DNA of 64,000 nt. Origin: Deltaproteobacteria bacterium (GTDB lineage: Bacteria > Myxococcota > Kuafuiibacteriia > Kuafuiibacteriales > Kuafuiibacteriaceae). The DNA lies in NCBI GenBank assembly GCA_040218735.1, contig JAVJQW010000058.1, positions 1 to 64,000 on the forward strand, read 5' to 3'. Below the pieces are notes generated by a model, which had not been told where the DNA came from, did no database searches, and saw only the letters and a program-made list of their open reading frames with translations. The translations under genes and the position numbers were made by a program. This document shows, piece after piece, positions 9,965 to 18,988 of this stretch (position 1 is the stretch's first letter; every line of letters begins with the position of its first letter).

Positions 9965-10597
9965 ATGAAGCTCGCGAGCACACGGCGAAAGATCCTGCTC
10001 GCGCTGGCGATCGGGGTCGCGGGGCTCCTCGCGATCCCGGTCGCGGTCACGCTGATCGAAGCGAAGCAGGCCCGCGAGGTCGCGCCGCTCGAGCCCTACG
10101 CGTCGCCGACGCACGCGGACGTCGCGGTGATCTACTTTTCGCGCTCCGGAAATACGGCACTCGCGGCACGCCACGTCGCCGCGCGTCTCTCGGCGCAGCT
10201 CATCGAGCTCCGCAGCCCGGACTACGAGCTCGGGCTCCTCGGGTGGGCGCACGCGATGGTCGACGCGAGGGGCCGCGACGCCGACATCACCCCGACCACC
10301 CTCGACCTCACCGGCTACGAGACGATCTACCTCGGCTCACCCGTGTGGCTGTACAGCCCGGCCCCGCCGATATGGGCGTTCGTGGAGCGCAACCGCTTCG
10401 ACGGCAAACACGTCGTGCTGTTCAACACGATCAACAGTGAGTTCGGCGAAGACTACATCGAAGCCTTCCGAGACGCGGTCCTGTCCCGGGGCGCTCGCCG
10501 CTTCGAGCACCGCTTCGTTCGGCGTGGACGAATGACGCAGCAGATCGCTCCGTCCGAGATGCTCGACGCCATCGACGCCGAGTGGGAGCTCGATTAG
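9965..10597 (+). CDS. Membrane-anchored flavodoxin-like protein
   Basis: N-terminal TM helix; IYFSRSGNT and YLGSPVW FMN-binding motifs. Confidence 0.85.
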   Translation: MKLASTRRKILLALAIGVAGLLAIPVAVTLIEAKQAREVAPLEPYASPTHADVAVIYFSRSGNTALAARHVAARLSAQLIELRSPDYELGLLGWAHAMVDARGRDADITPTTLDLTGYETIYLGSPVWLYSPAPPIWAFVERNRFDGKHVVLFNTINSEFGEDYIEAFRDAVLSRGARRFEHRFVRRGRMTQQIAPSEMLDAIDAEWELD

Positions 10598-10627
10598 GCG
10601 GAGCGGCGGGTCCGAAGACTGTGCCGA

Positions 10628-10650
10628 GGTCACTCGCGAAGCGAGCGACC
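10628..10650. terminator. Hairpin between convergent genes
   Basis: GGTCACTCGC-gaa-GCGAGCGACC (one mismatch); no U-tract. Confidence 0.35.
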
Positions 10651-10663
10651 GTTATGGCCGAGC

Positions 10664-11713
10664 TCAGAGGATGTCGAAGCCAGCAGTGAGGATGAGCTGG
10701 TTCTGCACCTGGAACTCTCGGATGACCTGCGGCACGCGACGCACCGTGAGGAGGTAATCGAGCGAGAGCCACTTCGCGAGCTTGAGCGACAGGCCCGCGT
10801 TGAGGTCGAGGTTCAAGCGGCCAAAGCCTTCTGGACCGGACTCGTCCACGTCGGGCGTCGTCGGGTCGTCTTCCTTGGGCCCCGGGAGGACTGGCTGAAA
10901 GAGGTCGACCGACAGCTTCCAGGTCAGCACGTCCTTGATGAGGGTACCGTCCGCGTTCGCCGTAATTTCGATACCGAAGTCATTCGAGCTTTCGAGCGGG
11001 GTGAACGTGACCAGCGTCGGCGTCATGCCCTCGTCCACGTTGGCGATGACGCGCCCGTCGCGCGTGATGATGTGCTGCGCCGCGATACCGAGCGAGGTCT
11101 TGAGGTTGACCTTGTCGCTCTTGAGCGGCTTCGCGAAGGCACCGGCCGATTCACGCAAGAGGAGCGGCTCGAACGGTCCCGTCAACTTGACCTTCGCTTC
11201 GGACGGCTGCTCCGCCGTGCCCTCCCCGTAGATCGTCGGCTCCGCGCGGACGGAGTACCCGGCGAGCAGCTGCGTGTTCAGCTTGAATCGACCGAACGCA
11301 CCGAGCCACTCGGGGTTGTTGAACCGGTAGGTGTACGTCGAAAGGATGTCGAGCTGGTCGGCCGACTTCACCCACGCCGAAAGGTTCGGTGTCTTCGTCT
11401 GGGCGTGCTGCGCCTTGAGCGACGTCTCCCAGCCGTGCTGGCCCGACGTCCAATCCGCGTTGAGGCCCAAGAGCACGCCGAGCTGAATGGTCGTGCCTTC
11501 CTCGACGCCGACGAAGTTCTGCGCGTTCGTCAGGGACCCCGAGAAGCCGAGGTTGCCCTTGACCTTCCAGCCGTCCTCCGGAGGTTTGTCGCCTTCCTTC
11601 TTCGGCTCCTCCATCGTCTTCTTCTCGAGCTCTTCGCTCGCGATCTCTTCCTGCGCGAATGCGGTGGACGTCGCGAAGAGCAGCGCGAGGGCCGTCGTCA
11701 TCGTCTTCATCAT
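10664..11713 (-). CDS. Putative outer-membrane beta-barrel protein (DUF3078-like), paralog 1
   Basis: Signal peptide ...TAFA/Q; amphipathic beta strands; clear similarity to 46981..48003. Confidence 0.75.
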   Translation of the reverse strand: MMKTMTTALALLFATSTAFAQEEIASEELEKKTMEEPKKEGDKPPEDGWKVKGNLGFSGSLTNAQNFVGVEEGTTIQLGVLLGLNADWTSGQHGWETSLKAQHAQTKTPNLSAWVKSADQLDILSTYTYRFNNPEWLGAFGRFKLNTQLLAGYSVRAEPTIYGEGTAEQPSEAKVKLTGPFEPLLLRESAGAFAKPLKSDKVNLKTSLGIAAQHIITRDGRVIANVDEGMTPTLVTFTPLESSNDFGIEITANADGTLIKDVLTWKLSVDLFQPVLPGPKEDDPTTPDVDESGPEGFGRLNLDLNAGLSLKLAKWLSLDYLLTVRRVPQVIREFQVQNQLILTAGFDIL

Positions 11714-11804
11714 GTTTGGAACCTCCCTGCTGAGCAGCGGCGGTCGGATACTCAATGCCCGCTCGGAGGCCAACCAAAATCCGGCCTCCTCGCACACCCG
11801 TGGA

Positions 11805-14800
11805 CTACAGGAGCTCGGTCTCGTCGGAGGGCTCGAGGACTTCGGGCACCGTCCGCAACGCCCGTGCGAACCTCCCCATGTTCTCGAATCGGTCTTCGGG
11901 TTTGCGCGCGATCGCCTGGGTCACCGACTGCGCGAGCTGCGGGCTGAGGTCGTTGCGGTGCCGCGTGACCGGGATGGCGTCCTGCCGGATCTTTTGCACG
12001 ACCACGGCGTCGCCGACGTACGGATACTGCCGCGTCAGCGAGTAATACAGCGTGGTGCCGAGCAGGTAGATGTCCGTCTTCGGCCCGACCGTCGCGCCCT
12101 GAATCTGCTCGGGCGCCATGTAGTTGACCGTTCCGACCTGGAGGCCGGCCGCCGAGAACGCCGTCTCGTCCGACCCGACCTGGAGCACCCGCGCGATGCC
12201 GAAGTCCGTGACCTTCGCGGTCCCGTCCGTCGTCACCAGGATGTTCGCCGGCTTCAGGTCGCGGTGGATGACGCCCTGGCCGTGCGCGTACTCCATCGCG
12301 TCGGCGACCTGCGCGATCGTATCGGCGATCTCCGCGGTCGTCGGCGGCATCGACGCATGCACGAGCGTCGCGAGGTCCGGCCCGGGCACGTACTCCATCA
12401 CGATGTACGACCACTCGCCGCGTTGACCGATGTCGTAGACGCCGACGATCCCAGGGTGGGACAGCTTCGCGACGATCCGCGCCTCCTCCTTGAACTTCGC
12501 GATGAACAGGTCGGTGGCCAGGCTGCGCCGCAGGACCTTGATCGCGACCTCACGGCCGAGCGCGAGATCCTCCGCGAGGTGCACGTCGCCCATACCGCCC
12601 GAGCCCAGACGCTTGAGGAGCCGGTACCGCGGGAGCAACACGTCCGAGAGATCGAGCTGCGCGCGCGTCTCCTCGTCCTCGAAGTCGTCGTCCCCGACGT
12701 CGGGGAGCGAGAGATCGTCGGTGTCGTGCTTCGCTTGAATGTTCGTCGTGTCGTCGAGCGCGCCCGGCTTGCCGGGCATGAAGATCGTGTCGGCGCGATC
12801 GAACGCGGGGCGCGACTTGAGGTAGTCCTCGACGAACCCCGGCACGAAGTGTTCGAGCGCCGCGTCGACCTTCTTGGCCTGCGACAGATCCCCGAGCATC
12901 TCGAACGCACGCGCGAGCTCGAAGTGCAGCTCCGGCGTGTCCTGCGGGTGGCGCCCCGCGATCGCGTCGCGGAGCACCTGCACCGCGCGTCGCGGATTCG
13001 ACGCCGCGAGCTCCGCGCGGCCGAGCAACACGTCCGCTTCGTCGCGGGTCTCGTCGGAGGTCCGCGCGATCTCCAGGAGCGACAACGCCTCGGGCGCCTG
13101 TCCCGAGAAGAGGTGGAACCGCGCGAGCCGCATGTGCGCGACGTAGTCCGGCGATCCGTTCGCGAGCGCGAGTGATCCGCGGAGCAGCTCCACCACCTGT
13201 CGGATCGCCTCGGGGTCGCGCCCGCCCTCGATCACGTACTGCTCGAAGTCCTCCAACGCCGCCGCCGTGTCGCCGCGCTCGAGGTTGAGCAGTGCACGTT
13301 CGCGTCGCAGCTCGATGTCGGAGCGACCCCACTCGAACAACCCGTCGATCAGCTGGATCAACCCCTCGGACTCGGTCGAGCGCGCCGCGCTGCCGAGGAG
13401 GTCGCGAACGACGCCCGTCGCGTCGGCCGGCTTGCCCGCGCGAACCAGGGCGCGCGCGAGGCCGGACGCGACCGTCGCGTCCTGCGGGTACGCGTTGCGG
13501 AGCCGCTGGTAGCCCTCGACCAGCGCCTGCGGCGCGGAGGCGTCGAGCTTCTCGAGGTGGTCCAACTCGGCGAGCGCTTCGTCGCGTTTGTTGGACTCGA
13601 TGTACATCTCGGTGAGGCGCGTGCTCACGCGGTGATCGTCGCGGTGCCGGTGCCGATACGCCGCGAGCGCGCGCGTCGCGAGGCCGCCGCTCGCGCGCGT
13701 CGTCATCAGGTACTCGACGAGCGGTCCGAGGTACTTGTCCTCGAGGTACTTGTCGTAGCTGAACAGCTTCGACAGCACGGGGATCGCATCCTTCGGCCGC
13801 GGGATCTCGGCTTCGAGGAGACGGTCGGCCTCGCCCTTGAGGCAGCGCTCCGCCTCCTCGCGCCGACCTGCCTGGTTGTACAGGTCCGCCGCCTCACCGA
13901 ACCGACCGAGGCGCTCCACGATCTCCGGCGGCGGCGACATCGAGAGCTGCCCGCAGATCTTCTCCGCGAGCATCGCCGCCTCGCGCTGGCTCGTGTCGTC
14001 GCCCGCCTGGGACAGGGCGCCTTGCGCCGCGACGCGCACCGCGGCCTCGCCCTCCGACAGCTCCCAGAGGATCGACGCGAGCCGCGTCGCTTCCTTCGGC
14101 TCGAACCCCGCGTCCGCGCGCGACCACTCCACGGCGACCGCCTTGTAGAACTCGGGGATCTGACGCTCGCCGAGCCGCTCGTAGATGACGTCCGCGGAAC
14201 GGAGCAGGCCCGCGCCGATGTACTCGTTCGCGGCTTCGCGCGCGAGCGACGCCGTCAGCGCGAGCTCGCCGTCGACCAGCGCTTCGAACGCTTCACGGTT
14301 GCGCCCGCGGCGTTCGAGCTGCACCGCCGCCTCGCGCACCTCCGCGAGCTCCGCAGGATCCGTCGGGACGGTGTTCGGGCCGAGGATGTCGATCTTCGTA
14401 TGTCGGCGTAGCAGCCTCGGTGGCGTCGTCGGCATCGGCGCGGCGGCGCCCGTCGAGCCGGTCGAGGTGTCCGACTTGCGCAGCTCGCGCGACGGCTTCT
14501 TCGGCTTCTTCGCCGCGCGACGCAGCTGCTTCGCGCGCTCCGCGTAGCCGCGGCTCTCGAGGTCGGCGGCCTCCTTCTGGATCGCCTCTTCGAGCTTGGC
14601 CTTGGCCTTGGCCTCCTGGGCCTCCGTCGTCGCGGACTCCAGCGCGCGCTCGAAGAGTCGGTGCGCGCGCTTCGCGTTGTTCTTGTTGAGCTGGAACGTG
14701 CCGGCTTCGAGGTACTGATCGTAAGCGCGCTCCGCCGTGCGTCGCCGCGCGATGGGCCGCATCACCAAGATGGCGACGAGCCCGCTCCCCACCAACCCGA

Positions 14801-15629
14801 ACGTCATCCCGAGCAGGAAGCCGACGGTGCGCGCGAGGCCCTGGTCGGCGAAGTCGCTCATGATCAGCCAGGTCACCGCCCCCAGACCGGTGAGCACGGC
14901 GACCACTGGCTCGACGACCGGCGCACGCGCGACGAAGTCCGGTTCGTTGAGGTGCGACGTGCTGTTCCGCGCGGCGCGCTCGCGCCACCACATCAGCGCC
15001 GGATAGAACAGCGCCCACCCCACCACCGAGAACACGGCGATGTACGGGAGGAGGCTCGACGTCACGAGGTCGAACGGGACCCCGAACACGAGTGTGCTCA
15101 GCGGGCAGAGCAGGAGCGACACGATCGCGGCCGCCCACATCGCCTTGCGTCGGTTCTGCGGATCCGACAGCCAGGACTTCTTCTCGACGTCCGCCGTCTT
15201 CGCCTCCTCCGCCTTCGGCGCCACCTTCGACCGAGCTCGCTGGGCGGGCGCCGCGCGCCGGGCGCGACTCGGGGCCCGCGACGGCGCGCGCTGCGCGGGG
15301 AGATCCGAACGGGACGACTGCGCGGGGAGATCGGAGCGCGACGACTGCGCGGGGAGATCGGCGCGCGACGACTGCGCGGGGAGGTCGGCGCGCGAGCTCC
15401 GGCTCGACCCGCGCGGGAGCGGTTGGGCGGCGAGGCTGTCGGACGATCGCTGCGCCGGTAGGTCGGCCGAGCTGACGGACGCTGAACCCCCGCGCCGCTC
15501 GCGCTCGGCGCGCACGAGCGCCTCGAGCTCGGACAGGCGAGCTTCGAGGGCGCCGGGGAGCTCGCCATCGCGTTTCTTCTGTGCGCTGAGGTGTTTGTAC
15601 TCCCGCAACACCTCGAGCATCGACGTCAT
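11805..15629 (-). CDS. Membrane Ser/Thr protein kinase: N-terminal TM helices, TPR-like array, C-terminal kinase
   Basis: GSGGMG, VAIK, HRDLKPAN, DFG, APE at the C-terminus; about 4 hydrophobic segments near the N-terminus. Confidence 0.92.
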   Translation of the reverse strand: MTSMLEVLREYKHLSAQKKRDGELPGALEARLSELEALVRAERERRGGSASVSSADLPAQRSSDSLAAQPLPRGSSRSSRADLPAQSSRADLPAQSSRSDLPAQSSRSDLPAQRAPSRAPSRARRAAPAQRARSKVAPKAEEAKTADVEKKSWLSDPQNRRKAMWAAAIVSLLLCPLSTLVFGVPFDLVTSSLLPYIAVFSVVGWALFYPALMWWRERAARNSTSHLNEPDFVARAPVVEPVVAVLTGLGAVTWLIMSDFADQGLARTVGFLLGMTFGLVGSGLVAILVMRPIARRRTAERAYDQYLEAGTFQLNKNNAKRAHRLFERALESATTEAQEAKAKAKLEEAIQKEAADLESRGYAERAKQLRRAAKKPKKPSRELRKSDTSTGSTGAAAPMPTTPPRLLRRHTKIDILGPNTVPTDPAELAEVREAAVQLERRGRNREAFEALVDGELALTASLAREAANEYIGAGLLRSADVIYERLGERQIPEFYKAVAVEWSRADAGFEPKEATRLASILWELSEGEAAVRVAAQGALSQAGDDTSQREAAMLAEKICGQLSMSPPPEIVERLGRFGEAADLYNQAGRREEAERCLKGEADRLLEAEIPRPKDAIPVLSKLFSYDKYLEDKYLGPLVEYLMTTRASGGLATRALAAYRHRHRDDHRVSTRLTEMYIESNKRDEALAELDHLEKLDASAPQALVEGYQRLRNAYPQDATVASGLARALVRAGKPADATGVVRDLLGSAARSTESEGLIQLIDGLFEWGRSDIELRRERALLNLERGDTAAALEDFEQYVIEGGRDPEAIRQVVELLRGSLALANGSPDYVAHMRLARFHLFSGQAPEALSLLEIARTSDETRDEADVLLGRAELAASNPRRAVQVLRDAIAGRHPQDTPELHFELARAFEMLGDLSQAKKVDAALEHFVPGFVEDYLKSRPAFDRADTIFMPGKPGALDDTTNIQAKHDTDDLSLPDVGDDDFEDEETRAQLDLSDVLLPRYRLLKRLGSGGMGDVHLAEDLALGREVAIKVLRRSLATDLFIAKFKEEARIVAKLSHPGIVGVYDIGQRGEWSYIVMEYVPGPDLATLVHASMPPTTAEIADTIAQVADAMEYAHGQGVIHRDLKPANILVTTDGTAKVTDFGIARVLQVGSDETAFSAAGLQVGTVNYMAPEQIQGATVGPKTDIYLLGTTLYYSLTRQYPYVGDAVVVQKIRQDAIPVTRHRNDLSPQLAQSVTQAIARKPEDRFENMGRFARALRTVPEVLEPSDETELL
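15291..15398 (-). repeat. 27-bp coding tandem repeat, about 4 copies, encoding SSR(A/S)DLPAQ
   Basis: CTGCGCGGGGAG recurs every 27 bp inside the kinase N-terminus. Confidence 0.85.
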
Positions 15630-15729
15630 GCAGCCAACCCGTTCAGATGCGTCGGTGACGAATCTCGTCGCAGGATAGTGCGAGTCGAAAACGCCCGCAA
15701 CGAACCGGCTACGCCGTGGGATCGGGGCT

Positions 15730-17298
15730 TCAGGATTCGGGTTTCGTGTCGCAGATCTTCTCGACCATGGGCCGCGACCCCTGGATGGCGACGCGGTGCA
15801 TGTAGTGCTGCACGCCGCGCAAGCCCCCGAGCTCCTCGCCGCCGCCCGCGCGGCCCGGACCGCCGTGCACGCACTGCGGAAGGACGAGCCCGGAGCCCAT
15901 GGCGTGGTTTCGCACCTTGGACGAGCCGAGGTAGACGCGGCCGTGGAACGGGGCGAGGCCGAGCACCATCTGCTCCGTGAAGGCCTTGTCGTCGCTGTAG
16001 ACCGACGTGACGAGGCCGCCCTCGCCCTTGCGGACCAGCTCGATCGCCTCTGCGGCGTCCCCCGAGTAGGTGAGCACCGTGGCGACGGGCCCGAAGACCT
16101 CGTGCTCGTGGACGTGCCGGGCGGTCTGCGGATCGCGCGCTTTCAGGAGGACGGGGGCGAAGAAGAAGCCCTTGCCGTTCGGCTTGTCGAAGGGCTTGTC
16201 CGGATCCCCGACCACGACGTCCGCCTCCTCGCGGAGCAGGGCGATGCCCTTTTCGACGTCCGCGAGCTGCCGCGCCGAGGCGAGCGGGCCCATGCGCACG
16301 TCTTCGTTGGACGGGTCGCCGATCACGAGGCCGGTCAGGCGCTCGCCGAGGGCTTCGATGACCTCGTCGGCGTTCGCCTCCGGGAGGAAGATGCGCCGCA
16401 CGGCGGTGCACTTCTGGCCGGTCTTCTGCGTCATCTCGCGCGAGACCTCGCGGACGAAGAGGCTGAAACCTTCGCTGCCGAGGTCGAGGTCCGGGCCGAG
16501 CACCGCAGCGTTGAGGCTGTCCGCCTCGACGTTCACGTGCACGCTCTTCTCGACGATCTTCGGGTTGGAGCGGAGCATCGCGCCGGTGCTCGCGCTCCCG
16601 GTGAACGCGAGGATGTCCTGCCCGGTGACGTGATCGAGCAGGTCACCCACGCCGCCGCCGATGAAGCCGAAGGCCCCCTCCGGGACGTCGGCGGCTTCGA
16701 CGATCGCCTTGGTCGACAGCCACGCGGTGTGCGCGGTGGCGGTCGCGGGTTTGGTGATCACCGGCATCCCGGCGAGGAGCGCGCACGCGGCCTTCTCCGC
16801 GAAGCCCCACGCGGGGAAGTTGAACGCGTTGATCAGGATGGCGACGCCCTCGCGCGGGACGAAGACGTGCTGGCCCCAAAAGCGCGGGCTGCGTCCGAGC
16901 TGGATGCCGTCGCCGTCGGCGAGGATCTTCTTGTCGCCCAGCTCGGCGCCGAGTTCGGCGTAGTGCGAGAAGACGAGGATTGCGCCGTCGATGTCGAACT
17001 TCGCGTCGCCGCGTGTGCAGCCGCCGTTGGCGATCGCAGAAGCGATGAGGGCCTCGCGCTGATCGTGCAGCGCGGTCGACATCCTTTGCAGCAGCGCACC
17101 GCGCTCGGCGAACGTGAGCGCGCCGAGGTTCGCCACGCCGACTTTGCGCGCGTGCGCGAGACCCGCGGCGAAGTCGATGCCGGCGGTGGTCGCGGTCGCG
17201 ACGACGTCTTCGGTCGCAGGGTTCACGAGGGGCGCACCCTCACCTTCGCCGTCCTGCCAACGGCCTTCGAGGTACGATTGAATGCGGTCGGTCGCCAT
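15730..17298 (-). CDS. Aldehyde dehydrogenase, PaaZ N-domain / BoxD (3,4-dehydroadipyl-CoA semialdehyde dehydrogenase)-like
   Basis: INAFNFPAWG, FTGSASTG, VEADSLN, GQKCTA, EVFGPV, HGGPGRAGGGEELGG; no MaoC domain. Confidence 0.9.
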   Translation of the reverse strand: MATDRIQSYLEGRWQDGEGEGAPLVNPATEDVVATATTAGIDFAAGLAHARKVGVANLGALTFAERGALLQRMSTALHDQREALIASAIANGGCTRGDAKFDIDGAILVFSHYAELGAELGDKKILADGDGIQLGRSPRFWGQHVFVPREGVAILINAFNFPAWGFAEKAACALLAGMPVITKPATATAHTAWLSTKAIVEAADVPEGAFGFIGGGVGDLLDHVTGQDILAFTGSASTGAMLRSNPKIVEKSVHVNVEADSLNAAVLGPDLDLGSEGFSLFVREVSREMTQKTGQKCTAVRRIFLPEANADEVIEALGERLTGLVIGDPSNEDVRMGPLASARQLADVEKGIALLREEADVVVGDPDKPFDKPNGKGFFFAPVLLKARDPQTARHVHEHEVFGPVATVLTYSGDAAEAIELVRKGEGGLVTSVYSDDKAFTEQMVLGLAPFHGRVYLGSSKVRNHAMGSGLVLPQCVHGGPGRAGGGEELGGLRGVQHYMHRVAIQGSRPMVEKICDTKPES

Positions 17299-17380
17299 GT
17301 CGCGGAGCACGCTAGCCAAGATTGCGAAGCGGGTCACGCGTGCGCTTGATCGGCGGTTGGTTCCAAGCTAGATGAACCGC

Positions 17381-17716
17381 ATGACCTTTGTCGTCGCCGA
17401 GCCCTGCATCAAGTGCAAGTACACGGACTGTGTCGATGTCTGCCCCGTGGACTGCTTCCACGAGGGGAAGAACTTCCTCGTGATCGACCCGGACGAGTGC
17501 ATCGACTGTGGGGCCTGTGAACCCGAGTGCCCGACGACCGCGATCTTCGCGGAGGACGACCTGCCCGAGAAGTGGGAGGCGTACACCGAGCTCAACGCGC
17601 GCCTCACGCCGCTGTGGCCCGTCATCACCGAGAAGAAGGACGCGCTCGCCGACGCCGACGAGTGGAAGGAAGTCGAGGAGAAGAAAGAGCACCTCGACGA
17701 AGCCGCTGGTCCGTGA
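17381..17716 (+). CDS. fdxA: 7Fe ferredoxin
   Basis: [18 protein letters not shown] and [12 protein letters not shown]. Confidence 0.95.
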   Translation: MTFVVAEPCIKCKYTDCVDVCPVDCFHEGKNFLVIDPDECIDCGACEPECPTTAIFAEDDLPEKWEAYTELNARLTPLWPVITEKKDALADADEWKEVEEKKEHLDEAAGP

Positions 17717-17772
17717 GTCTGCTTCGGTCGATTTGACTTGCGTCCCCCGACGTCTTCGGCCCACGTGACCGC

Positions 17773-18945
17773 GTGGGTCGTCTCGACACGCTGAGATTAC
17801 TCGGCTCCGGCGGTGCCAACCGCGCCATGGAGGCCGAGGTCAAACGCCTGGCGCCGCGCTCGCTCGGGCGTATCCGCCTGGAAAAGCCCGTCCGATTCGA
17901 CGAGCAGACGCTGGTGTATCCGTTCAACGCGGACCTGGCGTGGTTCGCCGTCCGGTACCTCAGGACGCCCTCGCGGGTGCTGTGGGATCTGGGTGAGACC
18001 CACGCCGAGCGCCTCGAGCCGCTCTACGACGAGATTCGCGGCTGGTACGTGAAGAAGCCGCCGCGCTGGATGCGGGACGGGCAGACGTTCTCGATCACCG
18101 TCAAGAACGCCTACAACTTCGAGGCGGGGCCGCTGCAGGTCCGCGGCACGGTGAAGAACGCGCTGATGGACGCGGCGAAGGCGCACAAGATGTCGCTGAC
18201 GCTGGATCCGGATCGGCCCGACGTCTCGATCGTGGTGCGCGGCGGCGATGAGCAGAAGCTCGTCATCTCCGTCGACCTCGGCGGGCAGAGCCTGCACGCC
18301 CGCGGGTATCGAACCGACTACGGGGAGGCGCCGCTCAAGGAGAACCTCGCGGCGCAGATGCTGATGCTCGCGCGGTGGGACGCGCGCAAGGAAATCCTCG
18401 TCGATCCGATGTGTGGCGCGGGGACGATCGCGATCGAAGGGGACGCGATGGCGCGCGGCGCGGCGCTGTGGGTGGGTAACAAAAAACCCGCCGCGTCGTG
18501 GCTGCCGACGTTTGCGAAGCACGACCGCGCGCAGCACGAGCTGTTCGAGGGCACGACCGCGATGGTCTTCGCGAACGACCAGGACGACGACGCGATCCAG
18601 GCGGCGCGCAAGAACGCGAAGCGCGCCGGCGCGACGATCTCGGCGCACCTCGGCGACTTCGAACGCCTCACGCGCACGCGGATCGCTTCGGCGGTGGGGG
18701 CCGAGCCCGACACGCCGATCCTGGTGCTGACCAACCCGCCCTACGGCGAGCGCCTCGAGCTCGACCCGGATCTCTACGCGAAGCTCAACGCGTGGTGGCG
18801 CGGTCTCGGTGAGGGCGTGCGGTTCGGGATGCTGACCGAGGACGGCAACGCGAAGATGATCTTCGGGCGGAATCCGAAGCTCGAAAAGCCGCTGCACAAC
18901 GGCCCGCTCAAGACACGGCTCCTGGTCTACGACCGGCCCGAGTGA
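17773..18945 (+). CDS. THUMP-domain RNA methyltransferase (RlmL-like)
   Basis: SLHARGYR, APLKENLAA, DPMCGAGT, TNPPYGERL. Confidence 0.88.
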   Translation: MGRLDTLRLLGSGGANRAMEAEVKRLAPRSLGRIRLEKPVRFDEQTLVYPFNADLAWFAVRYLRTPSRVLWDLGETHAERLEPLYDEIRGWYVKKPPRWMRDGQTFSITVKNAYNFEAGPLQVRGTVKNALMDAAKAHKMSLTLDPDRPDVSIVVRGGDEQKLVISVDLGGQSLHARGYRTDYGEAPLKENLAAQMLMLARWDARKEILVDPMCGAGTIAIEGDAMARGAALWVGNKKPAASWLPTFAKHDRAQHELFEGTTAMVFANDQDDDAIQAARKNAKRAGATISAHLGDFERLTRTRIASAVGAEPDTPILVLTNPPYGERLELDPDLYAKLNAWWRGLGEGVRFGMLTEDGNAKMIFGRNPKLEKPLHNGPLKTRLLVYDRPE

Positions 18946-18988
18946 CCTCAACGAATTTCGAAACGCATCGGTTGCACGAGAATACGTC

